From: Pedosphaera sp.
GTDB taxonomy: Bacteria > Verrucomicrobiota > Verrucomicrobiia > Limisphaerales > JADLHS01
Length of the DNA stretch: 64,000 bases
Direction: 5' to 3'
Assembly: GCA_009695195.1 (NCBI GenBank)
Contig: SIBJ01000006.1
Span: forward strand, 9,587-73,586
Position numbers and translations under genes: made by a program. The notes under the pieces were generated by a model that saw nothing but the letters and a program-made list of their open reading frames with translations, searched no databases and had not been told where the DNA came from. Below, piece by piece: positions 12,076 through 21,052 of this stretch; within the stretch, counting starts at the first letter, position 1, and each line of letters begins with the position of its first letter.

Positions 12076-13164
12076 TCACCTGGCGCTGCGCAGTGCCGGC
12101 AGAATCACATCCTCAATGGCGTGATGCGAAATCATGTGGCTCGGCGCCTTTTCGTCAATGTGCAGGCGGAACGAGGCATTCCCAATCTGCTTGAGCGCGG
12201 CGCTCACGCGGTTTTCGTAAGCGCGCAGCGATTCGGCGTAAGCCATCCTTGTGGTTTCCGGATCGTGTTGCGCCTCGCCGAAACAGCAATCGTCCCGGCG
12301 TACGAGAATTTGCACCTGCTTCCGCCCGTGGCCGTGCGCGCCAAGAATGTAAAGGTCCGGATAGCCGGCGAGACTGTAAAACGCGGGGTCAAATTGCTCG
12401 CGGTCGCCGACCGAGCCGCGTGTGCGCAGATACAGTGGAATGGTGCCTGCGACGGGGAAGCTGCATCGGATGGTGGGATCAATCGCGGCGTAAATGGTCG
12501 TGGTCCAGCCGCCCCCGGACAACCCGGTCATGTGAAAGGCGCGGTATCTCGGAGAGTTGTCAGCCCGGCTGCGGTTTTTGATTTCGTTGAGACCGATGGC
12601 CGTCGGTTCCAGAAAAAACTTCATCGGACTGCCGGAGGATTCCATTTGAAACATGGCGTCGTGACCACCATTGCAATCGCCCGGCCGCATGTGCGGCATG
12701 AACACGCCGAGCACGCCGTAGCCTTCGCGCAACAATGCCGCGATGGTGCGTTGCAAGCCAGAGCCCTTGTCTTCGGGCGATGGATCGTCGTCCAGCGTGC
12801 AGCCGTGGCCGTGATGGACCACGACCAACTCGCGATTCGGATTCCGCGGGATGAAGTGGTAGGCTAGGCCCTGTAAACCGGGCGCGAGGTCCATGCGGAA
12901 TTCATCCACGCGCGCGAGTCGGTCCAGTTGCTGCACGGGACTGGCCACGTTGGTCCGTACCACGTCCGGCAGGCGATGTTTCGGAAAACCAGCTTCACCC
13001 CAGATGAAGCGGATGAGCGTGCGGCGTTTGGCGGCGATCTCGCGGGCCGAATGGATGGTGACGGCGCGGTCATCGAGGAGTTGGGCGGCAGGAACATGCA
13101 AAGTTGTCAGGCCGGCCAGCGCAACGGCAGCGAGACGAAGTGGAGCAAAACGGCGGGGTGTCAT
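12076..13164 (-). CDS. secreted hypothetical protein, probable alpha/beta hydrolase fold
   Basis: Signal peptide MTPRRFAPLRLAAVALAG; VHHGH, MTGLSGGGWTT elbow, DDCCF, HMIS. Confidence 0.7.
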   Translation of the reverse strand: MTPRRFAPLRLAAVALAGLTTLHVPAAQLLDDRAVTIHSAREIAAKRRTLIRFIWGEAGFPKHRLPDVVRTNVASPVQQLDRLARVDEFRMDLAPGLQGLAYHFIPRNPNRELVVVHHGHGCTLDDDPSPEDKGSGLQRTIAALLREGYGVLGVFMPHMRPGDCNGGHDAMFQMESSGSPMKFFLEPTAIGLNEIKNRSRADNSPRYRAFHMTGLSGGGWTTTIYAAIDPTIRCSFPVAGTIPLYLRTRGSVGDREQFDPAFYSLAGYPDLYILGAHGHGRKQVQILVRRDDCCFGEAQHDPETTRMAYAESLRAYENRVSAALKQIGNASFRLHIDEKAPSHMISHHAIEDVILPALRSAR

Positions 13165-13274
13165 ATCGCAGCGAACATAAGCAACGGCGTCATCGCGTTG
13201 CGAGCTGAAAAGAGCCGGCGAAGCCCGGGAATCGAATTGCCCAAGTGCCACGCGTCGGCGTACGATTGCGCAGA

Positions 13275-15383
13275 ATGACGCCCACCCGCGAAACCTTCGG
13301 CAACATCCCGCACGGAGCGGTGGTTCTCTTTTACTGCCTCACCGTCGCCACCATGGCCGTGTTTGCTTGGGGCATCTGGCGGCGTTTCAAACTCTGGCGG
13401 CAGGGCGCGCCCATCGGTGTGCGCGAACTCATCGCGGGAAACTTCCGCCAGATTTGCGGCAAACTGAAACCGGGCCTGCGGCGTTTACTCACGGACGGAC
13501 TCGGGCAAAAGCGGGTGCGCGGTCGCGGGCTGCCGAGTTGGGCGCACCTCGCGTTGTTCGCCGGGTTCATGATGTTGTTCCTCGGCACGACGTTGCTGGA
13601 GATTGATCATCTCAGCTCGGGGATTTCCGAGGCGCTGAAATTCCATCGCGGAACTTACTACGTCATCTACGAGTTCACACTCGATGTGTTTGGCCTGCTG
13701 TTTCTCGCGGGCTGCATTTTGTTTTTCTGGCGACGAACGCGTCGGCCCGCCAGCGTCGGTCATCGCGCGACGGACTGGTATGTGATCATTTCGTTCCTCG
13801 CCATCGGCATCAGCGGTTATCTCGTCGAAGGACTGCGAATGGTCTGGCAACAGCCCACCGGCCTCGCGGCGCATTGTTCGCCGGTTGGGCTGTGGATTTC
13901 GCACGGGTTCTCCGGGATGACGGAAGCCAGCGCTCGCTCCGCGCATCAGGTCGTTTGGTGGATTCATGCGGTGTTGGTGTTTGGTTTCATCGCCTCGATT
14001 CCTTTCACGCGCCTGCTGCACATCATCGCCGGGCCGATGAATTTGTTTTTTGCGAAGCCGGAATTGGGCCGGATGACGCCGGTGACGATGGAGGAAGTGG
14101 AAAAGACCGAGCGCGTCGGCGTGAGCGCCATCGAGCATTTCAACCAGCAACAACTCCTCAGCCTCGACGCGTGCATGGAATGCGGCCGTTGTGAGGAGGC
14201 GTGCCCGGCTCATGCCACCGACAAACCGCTGTCGCCGAAAAAGGTCGTGCAGGATTTGAAGCGGTTGATGACGCTGTCCCTCAGCGTAGCGGCGCCTCGG
14301 AAGAGCGCCGCGCAAACTCCTGCGCAAGAGAGTACGGCGCTCTCCCGAGACGCCGCTACGGTGCAAGTTCGCGCACTGCTCGACGAAACAATTCGGGCCG
14401 AGACGCTGTGGTCCTGCACGGCGTGCAGCGCGTGTGTGGGCGTCTGCCCGGTGCGGATTGATCCGCTCACGTTGATCACCGATCTGCGGCGGAATCGCGT
14501 GGGCGAAGGCGCCTTGAGCGGCACGGCGGCGACGGCGTTGCGCCGGATGCAATCCAGTTCCAATCCGTGGGGACTGCCCGCGGCGGACCGGCCAAACTGG
14601 TCGGAGGGTTTGGGCGCGCCGACCGCCAAGGAGAACCCGAGTTTTGAAGTGCTTTACTGGATCGGCTGCGCGGGATCGTACGATCGCCGCGCGCAACGCG
14701 TGGCGCGCGCCGTGGTGAAGTTGTTGAAACACGCCGGCGTGAACTTCGCCATTCTCGGCCGCGAGGAAAAATGCACCGGCGAATCCGCGCGGCGGCTGGG
14801 CGATGAGTTTTTGTTTCAGGAACTGGCGCAGGCCAACATCGCCACGCTGGCGAAATATAACGTCCGCAAAATCCTCGCGCACTGTCCGCATTGTCTGAAT
14901 TCGCTGCTCAAGGACTACTCGCAGTTTGGCGGGAGCTACGAGGTGATCCATCACACGCAGTTCATTTCCCAACTCATTCAAGAGGGCCGGCTGAATATTC
15001 CGAGTGCCGCCGGCCCGGACAGTGCCGGCGCGGTGACGTATCACGACCCGTGTTATCTGGCGCGGGTCAATGGGATTCACGAAGCGCCGCGCGCCGTGCT
15101 GGCCACGGCGTTGGGGGCAACGAATGACTTTCGCGAGATGCCGCGCAACCGGGAAAAAACTTTTTGCTGCGGCGCCGGCGGCGGACGCATGTGGATGGAG
15201 GAAGACCCGAAGCAGCGCGTCTCCACGGTGCGCGCGAAGGAAGCGCTGGCCACCGGAGCGAAGACGGTCGCCGTGGGCTGCCCGTTTTGCCTCACGATGA
15301 TGACCGATGGCGTCGCCGCGCAGAACGATTCCGCGCGCGTCATGGATGTGGCGGAGATTCTAGTCGAGCGGTTGGGAATCTGA
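13275..15383 (+). CDS. fadF: membrane Fe-S oxidoreductase (FadF / HdrD-like, probable ETF:quinone oxidoreductase)
   Basis: N-terminal TM helices (NarI-like), CMECGRCEEACP and CTACSACVGVCP ferredoxin motifs, two CCG domains (IGCAG..CTG..CPHC; YHDPC..CCGAGGG..GCPFC). Confidence 0.9.
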   Translation: MTPTRETFGNIPHGAVVLFYCLTVATMAVFAWGIWRRFKLWRQGAPIGVRELIAGNFRQICGKLKPGLRRLLTDGLGQKRVRGRGLPSWAHLALFAGFMMLFLGTTLLEIDHLSSGISEALKFHRGTYYVIYEFTLDVFGLLFLAGCILFFWRRTRRPASVGHRATDWYVIISFLAIGISGYLVEGLRMVWQQPTGLAAHCSPVGLWISHGFSGMTEASARSAHQVVWWIHAVLVFGFIASIPFTRLLHIIAGPMNLFFAKPELGRMTPVTMEEVEKTERVGVSAIEHFNQQQLLSLDACMECGRCEEACPAHATDKPLSPKKVVQDLKRLMTLSLSVAAPRKSAAQTPAQESTALSRDAATVQVRALLDETIRAETLWSCTACSACVGVCPVRIDPLTLITDLRRNRVGEGALSGTAATALRRMQSSSNPWGLPAADRPNWSEGLGAPTAKENPSFEVLYWIGCAGSYDRRAQRVARAVVKLLKHAGVNFAILGREEKCTGESARRLGDEFLFQELAQANIATLAKYNVRKILAHCPHCLNSLLKDYSQFGGSYEVIHHTQFISQLIQEGRLNIPSAAGPDSAGAVTYHDPCYLARVNGIHEAPRAVLATALGATNDFREMPRNREKTFCCGAGGGRMWMEEDPKQRVSTVRAKEALATGAKTVAVGCPFCLTMMTDGVAAQNDSARVMDVAEILVERLGI
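14285..14360. repeat. GTAG-type REP palindrome lying in-frame inside fadF
   Basis: 26-bp arms cgtagcggcgcctcggaagagcgccg / cggcgctctcccgagacgccgctacg, 24/26 complementary. Confidence 0.75.
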
Positions 15384-15386
15384 CGT

Positions 15387-16823
15387 TTACTCACGTGGGA
15401 CTCCCAACGCCTCGCGCAACGCCCGCATGATGAGCGGTTCGACTATCGGTTGCGTCCAGCAATAATCATCCACGTAGCCGTCGCGATAGCAGGCGTCGGT
15501 GGGAGTGTAGCCGGGCGCGCCGTCGCCGAAGCCGGTCACCATCACGAAGGATTCCGGGCGCAGTCGCTGCGCGGCGAGCTGGTAGCCGACGAAACATTCC
15601 GCCGGCAAAATCGAAAACAACGCCTGACCTCGGTTGAAGTCCAGTCCGGGCACATCAATGGGAACCCCCGCTGTCACGCGTTGCCGCCAGCTCAAGCCGA
15701 GCGCGGCGGAAATGCGTTTCCATCGGGCGGCGTTCGTGTTGGCCAAAGTTGTTTGCATGGCTTCGAGCGTGAACGCGCCGGTGTCGCGCGCGGGGAGGCG
15801 GAGTTGCGCCACCCGAAAATCCACGTCGCGCAACCGCTCGCGCTTCGTCGCTTTCCACGCGGCGACCATGCCGCGATACAACTTGTCGGCGAGCACGGCG
15901 CGATTCGTGGCCGCGGCGTCGTTGTATTTGCCAGCCGTCGTGTCGCCGGCGCAGCCGGTAAAATAGATTTGAAACACTTCCGGTTCATCGCGCTGCCGAC
16001 GGGCGCGGGCGAGGCCCGGAAAATCCGCCGAGACGCCGCCTTTGCCGTAGTCGCTCATGGGATGAATGGCGTAACAACTCCAGGCGAGCAGGGGACGGTT
16101 GCCATCCCAAAGGCTCAGAGTTTTCAGCCACGGATCAATTTCACCTTCGGGCGCGTCGAAAATATTTCCGCTGCCGCTGCCGCGCTCCCAGGTGATCTTT
16201 CCGTCGGGCCGCAGCACACGCCGGTTGGAGGCGAGTTGCCCGACCTTCGCCTGCCCAAAGCCAATGTGCGTCACGCGGCGCGCGGACTTGAGCGAGTTGG
16301 TCAGCGCGGCGGCGGTGCGTTGCACGGCTTGTTCGTGAAATGCCGGATCGCAATTCCAACGCTTGAGTCCGTGCTCGTCCAGCAGCCGTTGCGCGGTCAG
16401 ATCGCAAATCGGCGCGTCGTGTTGATGCACGGTCGCGAGCATGACCCGTTCGATGTGCGTGCCGGCGGCCTGCGCGAGCACGGTGCGCCAGCGCTCGTAG
16501 GAATCGTTGTTGCACTGACACCAATCCAGCGCGACGACGACGATGGGTTCACCCGCGCCCAGCAGGACGAAGCCTTTCGCGAACAGCGGATCAACGATTT
16601 TCTTCGCATCGGCCACGCCGCCGCCCATGCAGGCATGGCCGATGGGGATGGTGATGTCCGATTCAAACGTGGCGGCGCGAAGGGCCTTGACCGGTGCGGC
16701 GTCCGCGGTGGGCGGAAGGAGAAAAGCGAAGGTCAACGCGAGCGCGCACAGCGTCGGCAATTCATGGCGGAGGTTCACGCGCTCCGTCTTTCCAACTCCG
16801 GCATTCGCGCGAGCGGCAGTCAT
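15387..16823 (-). CDS. neutral/alkaline ceramidase-like hypothetical protein
   Basis: DITIPIG, DPLFAKG, ATVHQHDAP, YAIHP, SADFPG, FTGCAGD motifs; ATG overlaps EIIC stop (ATGA). Confidence 0.65.
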   Translation of the reverse strand: MTAARANAGVGKTERVNLRHELPTLCALALTFAFLLPPTADAAPVKALRAATFESDITIPIGHACMGGGVADAKKIVDPLFAKGFVLLGAGEPIVVVALDWCQCNNDSYERWRTVLAQAAGTHIERVMLATVHQHDAPICDLTAQRLLDEHGLKRWNCDPAFHEQAVQRTAAALTNSLKSARRVTHIGFGQAKVGQLASNRRVLRPDGKITWERGSGSGNIFDAPEGEIDPWLKTLSLWDGNRPLLAWSCYAIHPMSDYGKGGVSADFPGLARARRQRDEPEVFQIYFTGCAGDTTAGKYNDAAATNRAVLADKLYRGMVAAWKATKRERLRDVDFRVAQLRLPARDTGAFTLEAMQTTLANTNAARWKRISAALGLSWRQRVTAGVPIDVPGLDFNRGQALFSILPAECFVGYQLAAQRLRPESFVMVTGFGDGAPGYTPTDACYRDGYVDDYCWTQPIVEPLIMRALREALGVPRE

Positions 16824-18082
16824 GCTTCGGTCGGCTTTACTTCTGTTTCGGTTTTAAAGCGTTGCCGCTCGGCCGCCTTTGCGAACGGATAATAAACCGC
16901 CATGGCGATCAGGATGGAAAGCGCGCCCCACACCGCCGCTTTCCAATCGCCGCCAGTGACGAGGTAATGCCCGATGATCGGCGGCGTGGTCCACGGCACG
17001 TTGACGAAGGGTTTGTGGAGGATGCCCCAGTGCATCAGCAGATACGTGCTCGTCGTGAGGATGAGCGCGTTGAGGATGTAGGGGATCATGAAGATGGGAT
17101 TCAACACGATGGGGAAGCCGAAGAAGATCGGTTCGTTGATCTGGAAAATCTGCGTGGGCAACGACAGCCGGCTGACTTTGCGGTAGCCCGGCTCCTTGGA
17201 GTTCCACATCACCAGCGCGAGCGCAATCGTCGCTCCGGTGCCGCCGACATTGACGAACGTGGTGAAAAATCCCAACGCCGTGATGTACGGCACGGGCTCG
17301 TGCGCGGTCGTCGCCCCGACGTTCGCGGCGAGGAACTGGAGAAAAATCGGCGCCACAATGGCGTCCATCGCGTTGTCGCCGTTGATGCCGACCGACCAGA
17401 GCATCGTGACCAGGAACGCGTAAACCAAAATCCCAGGCAGCGTGTTCAGCGCGAAGAGCAGCGGCTTGAAAGCGGTTTGCACGATGTGATCAATGTCCAC
17501 GCCCAGCACAAAACGGATCAGCCAGAACACGATCACGAGAAAGAACAGCGGGCTGAGCGAGAGAAACGATTCATAGACGACCGACGGCACATTGGCCGGC
17601 AGCTTGATGACGAAGTTTTTGTCGGTGAAAAACTTTTGCACCCGCACCGAAATCAGCGCGATGAGCACCGCGGTGAACAAACCTTTCGAGCCTAGGCTGT
17701 CCATCGAGAACGCGATGTCGTCCGCGGTTTTTCCCAATTTCAACTGGATCATCAGGAAAATTACCGTCGCCATCGTCGCGCTGACGATGGCTTCGAGTTT
17801 GAACTGCTTGCCGAGATCGTAGGCAATGGCGAAACAAACGAAGACCGACAACAACCCGAACGTGGCCGTGACGGGAACTTGCAGCAGCGGCAGATAGGGC
17901 GCGATGATCTTGTCCCAGCCGGTGACCGGCAGAAAGGACACGATGATGAACAGTCCGCCGATGATCGTCAGCGGCACGACCGAAACCATCCCGGCGCGGA
18001 TCGCGGAGAGGTAGGTGTTCTCGCTCAACGCCGTCAGCGCCGGGACGATGCGTTTGTTTAAGAAGTTGGTGGCTTGATTCAC
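16820..18082 (-). CDS. PTS sugar transporter EIIC subunit (lactose/cellobiose/diacetylchitobiose family)
   Basis: YLSAIRAG, LGSKGLFTA, LPANVPSVV..SF, GGTGAT, IFQINEPIFFGFPIVLNP, VPWTTPP; about 10 TM helices. Confidence 0.92.
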   Translation of the reverse strand: MNQATNFLNKRIVPALTALSENTYLSAIRAGMVSVVPLTIIGGLFIIVSFLPVTGWDKIIAPYLPLLQVPVTATFGLLSVFVCFAIAYDLGKQFKLEAIVSATMATVIFLMIQLKLGKTADDIAFSMDSLGSKGLFTAVLIALISVRVQKFFTDKNFVIKLPANVPSVVYESFLSLSPLFFLVIVFWLIRFVLGVDIDHIVQTAFKPLLFALNTLPGILVYAFLVTMLWSVGINGDNAMDAIVAPIFLQFLAANVGATTAHEPVPYITALGFFTTFVNVGGTGATIALALVMWNSKEPGYRKVSRLSLPTQIFQINEPIFFGFPIVLNPIFMIPYILNALILTTSTYLLMHWGILHKPFVNVPWTTPPIIGHYLVTGGDWKAAVWGALSILIAMAVYYPFAKAAERQRFKTETEVKPTEA

Positions 18083-18092
18083 GTGGTCTCCT

Positions 18093-19337
18093 TCACGATT
18101 TCGCAGCCCACCGGTTCAATGCTTCGCGGTTTTCGTAAACCTTCTCGAACGCGTGCGCGATGTCGTCCATGTCCGCGCGATTGCCGAGAAAAAAACTTTG
18201 CTCCAACCATACGCATTGTTCGCGGCAGATCAGGTCACTGTTCGGACAACTGACTTTGCGATAATTCAATCTGGCGGAAGCCTTGGGCAGGTACGGGCCG
18301 AAGGCTTGGTTGCGGAAAAGCGGTTGTTGATGCAGTGAGAAGCCGTAGCCGGCAGAGCAGGGGACGCCTTCAGCCTTTAACGCTTTGATCACCGCCGCGC
18401 GGGGCGCTCCGAATTTCGCGCCGTCAATTCGCAGCATGAGCAGGTGATAGCTGTGGCGGGTGCAATCCGCCGGGCGTTTCTGCGTATGAATGCCGGGGAG
18501 TTTGGAAAGTCTGGCCGCCAGGTATTTTCCGTTCCGGTCGCGCGTTTTGGTCTGGGTTTCCAGCCGATCCAACTGCGTGTTGAGGATCGCGCCTTGGAAT
18601 TCTCCCAACCGGTAGTTGCCCGAGATGACGTGATGCTCGTACCACACGCCGGTTGGAATTCGCCCGCAGTTGTGGATGGAGCGGCACGCCGCCGCCAGCG
18701 CGTCGTCGTTCGTGGTAAGGATGCCGCCTTCGCCCGACGTCATGTTCTTGCTCGACTGAAACGAGAACGAAGCGATGTGGCCGAGCGATCCCGCCGGTCG
18801 GTTGCGATAGTTTGCGCCGTGCGCGTGCGCGGCGTCTTCGATCACGAGCAGCTTGTGCTTCTTCGCGATGGCCATGATGCGATTCATGTCCGCCGGCTGG
18901 CCGGCGAAGTGGACTGGAATGATCGCGCGCGTGCGCGACGTGATGGCGGCTTCGACGGCCTTTGGATCGAGGTTGAACGTCTCCAGATTAACGTCGGCGA
19001 AAACCGGAATCATATTCGCCTCGATCACGGCGGAGGCCGTCGAGAAGAACGTGTACGGCGGCACGATGACTTCCGCCTCCGCCGGAATTCCCGCCGCCAT
19101 CAGCGCGATGCGCAGCGAGACCGTGCCGTTGACCATGGCGATGCCGTGTTTGCAACCGTGCGCCGCGGCGAAGCGGTGCTCGAACTCGGCGACTTCCGGC
19201 CCGTCCAACCGTCCCCACTTGCCGCTGTGCAACACGCGGAGCAAGCGCTTCTCCTCCGCCTGGCCGAAGACCGGCCACGATGGGAACGGCTCGTTGCGCA
19301 GAGGTGTTCCTCCGAGGAGGGCGAGTTTCTGTGACAT
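18093..19337 (-). CDS. DegT/DnrJ/EryC1/StrS family PLP-dependent sugar aminotransferase
   Basis: NGTVSL, VPPYTF, PVHFAG, IEDAAHAHG, FSFQSSKNMTSGEGG (PLP Lys), GNYR. Confidence 0.93.
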   Translation of the reverse strand: MSQKLALLGGTPLRNEPFPSWPVFGQAEEKRLLRVLHSGKWGRLDGPEVAEFEHRFAAAHGCKHGIAMVNGTVSLRIALMAAGIPAEAEVIVPPYTFFSTASAVIEANMIPVFADVNLETFNLDPKAVEAAITSRTRAIIPVHFAGQPADMNRIMAIAKKHKLLVIEDAAHAHGANYRNRPAGSLGHIASFSFQSSKNMTSGEGGILTTNDDALAAACRSIHNCGRIPTGVWYEHHVISGNYRLGEFQGAILNTQLDRLETQTKTRDRNGKYLAARLSKLPGIHTQKRPADCTRHSYHLLMLRIDGAKFGAPRAAVIKALKAEGVPCSAGYGFSLHQQPLFRNQAFGPYLPKASARLNYRKVSCPNSDLICREQCVWLEQSFFLGNRADMDDIAHAFEKVYENREALNRWAAKS

Positions 19338-19442
19338 GTTTTGGTTTTGTTTCTGAATGATGGCGGCTGAACCGGGTTGAGCGTTACAAAGCCGCCGGCG
19401 CAAACGCAAGCGCCCGGTTTGGTTCGTTAAATTCTGAAAAGC

Positions 19443-21002
19443 TCATTCGTGCCGGGCGTTCACCTCGTCCACGTAGCGCCGGCCCGCGACGAGGGACGCC
19501 TGCAACGTGGCGGAATATTTTCCGTCCGGCGACTTCGTCGTCCAGGTTTGCCGCCGCACCTTCAGTTTGTCCGGCGCGGGACCGCCGACCAGGATTTCGT
19601 GGAGCACGCGACCGTCCATGGTCCTCGGGATCGGGATGCCCGCGAGAAACAGGATGGTCGGCGCGAGGTCGGCATTCGACGTCGGCACTTCGCTGCGCAC
19701 GCCGGCTTTGATGTCCGGCCCGAACGCGGCGAAGACGGCGTTGATTTCCCACGGCGAAGTGGCGCCATGTCCCGCAATGCCGCCGGCTTCCACTGTGCCG
19801 GCGAATCCCGCCGCATTGGTGGCAGCGTTCCACTTCGGATAAACCACAATCTGCGCCGTGTGCGGATGATTGCCGCCCGCGAGATCGTGCGAGAAAGTTC
19901 CCGGCGCGATGCCTTGCCAACTGCCGCGCGATCTGGCCGCCGTGAAGATCGGGCCCATGGTCTCGTCGGCCTGAAGTGTCCGCACGATGGCGGCAACATC
20001 TCGCTCGAGTTCCTTCGGCAGATAAATCGCGCCCTCGATGACCACCGGATTTGCCCGCCGCATCCAGCCGGTCGCCTCCAGCGTGGCGGCGACGTTGAAC
20101 CTTCCGCTGTGCGTGGCGAACCCGTGGTCCGCCACGATGAAGACGTTCACCTTCAGGCCGCGCGCGCGATGGAGATCGAAGATGCGCCCGAGTTGTTCGT
20201 CGGCGAACCGGATGCCGGCCACCGGCTCCGACGCGCCGATTCCCTTTGCGTGCGCGCTGTGATCCGGATCGGTGAACCACATCACCGTGACGCGCGGATC
20301 ATATTCCGGCACACCCAGCTTGAGATAGGCATCGGTCATCCACCGCATCATCGCGCGGGCGGGGACGGTTTCCTCCGGTTTGGCGCCAATGACGTCATAC
20401 ATGTGCCGCGCGTTCGCTGCCGGCACGCAAAATTCGGGATGCAGAATGCCCGCGCCATCGCCGGTGGGATTGAGCAGTGTGGCGGAGCCGGAGGAACCGG
20501 AACTGCACGCGAGAAATTTTTGGCCGCGCTGCGCGAGCAGTTCCGCCAGCGTGGGTGTCGCGAGCAGACGACCGCCCCATTTTTCCTGAACGGCCAGGAG
20601 TTTCGGCCGGCTGCCGGTCGAGATGCTGCCGGTGGGGTTCAGCGCCGGAACAAACAGCGAGTTCGCCACGAGACCGTGCTTCGACGGCAGACAGCCCGTC
20701 ACGAGCGTTGCGGCGTTGACGCGCGTCACGGTCGGGAGCACGGAATGATGCGTGGTGCCGATGACGCCTTGTTGCGCCGCCGCGTAGCAACGTGGCATCA
20801 ACTCCGGCGTGAAATAGTCGCTGCGAAAGCCGTCGAGCACGACCAGAAGAATGCGAGTGTCAGAATTCTGCCGCGCCGTCGTTGTAGGCACGATTGCGAT
20901 CAGGGCGACAAACCAAAGCCGACGGAGCGCGGCGTTCACGCCGCTTCGCCATCCGAGGGCGAACCTCGCGGAAATTTCCCGCGCTGCTACGCAATCGGAC
21001 AT
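19443..21002 (-). CDS. alkaline phosphatase superfamily nucleotide pyrophosphatase/phosphodiesterase (start uncertain)
   Basis: VVLDGFR, PTVTRVNAATLVTG nucleophile Thr, DPDHSAH, VADHG, AGHG, NADLAPT; 5' end overlapped by a REP (candidate starts 21002, 20939). Confidence 0.85.
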   Translation of the reverse strand: MSDCVAAREISARFALGWRSGVNAALRRLWFVALIAIVPTTTARQNSDTRILLVVLDGFRSDYFTPELMPRCYAAAQQGVIGTTHHSVLPTVTRVNAATLVTGCLPSKHGLVANSLFVPALNPTGSISTGSRPKLLAVQEKWGGRLLATPTLAELLAQRGQKFLACSSGSSGSATLLNPTGDGAGILHPEFCVPAANARHMYDVIGAKPEETVPARAMMRWMTDAYLKLGVPEYDPRVTVMWFTDPDHSAHAKGIGASEPVAGIRFADEQLGRIFDLHRARGLKVNVFIVADHGFATHSGRFNVAATLEATGWMRRANPVVIEGAIYLPKELERDVAAIVRTLQADETMGPIFTAARSRGSWQGIAPGTFSHDLAGGNHPHTAQIVVYPKWNAATNAAGFAGTVEAGGIAGHGATSPWEINAVFAAFGPDIKAGVRSEVPTSNADLAPTILFLAGIPIPRTMDGRVLHEILVGGPAPDKLKVRRQTWTTKSPDGKYSATLQASLVAGRRYVDEVNARHE

Positions 21003-21027
21003 TGAAGCGGCGTGAACGCCGCGCTCC
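20924..21027. repeat. GGAG-type REP doublet (family C)
   Basis: Perfect 24-bp inverted arms ggagcgcggcgttcacgccgcttc / gaagcggcgtgaacgccgcgctcc; related element at 46017-46122. Confidence 0.85.
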
Positions 21028-21052
21028 TTTCCGCGATGATGCGCCGCACTTC

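Noticed and set aside
13485..15080. 531-aa antisense ORF in fadF, and similar ones at 15450-16892, 19449-21005 and 24097-25437
   Set aside because: Shadow ORFs with Arg/Ala-rich unnatural composition
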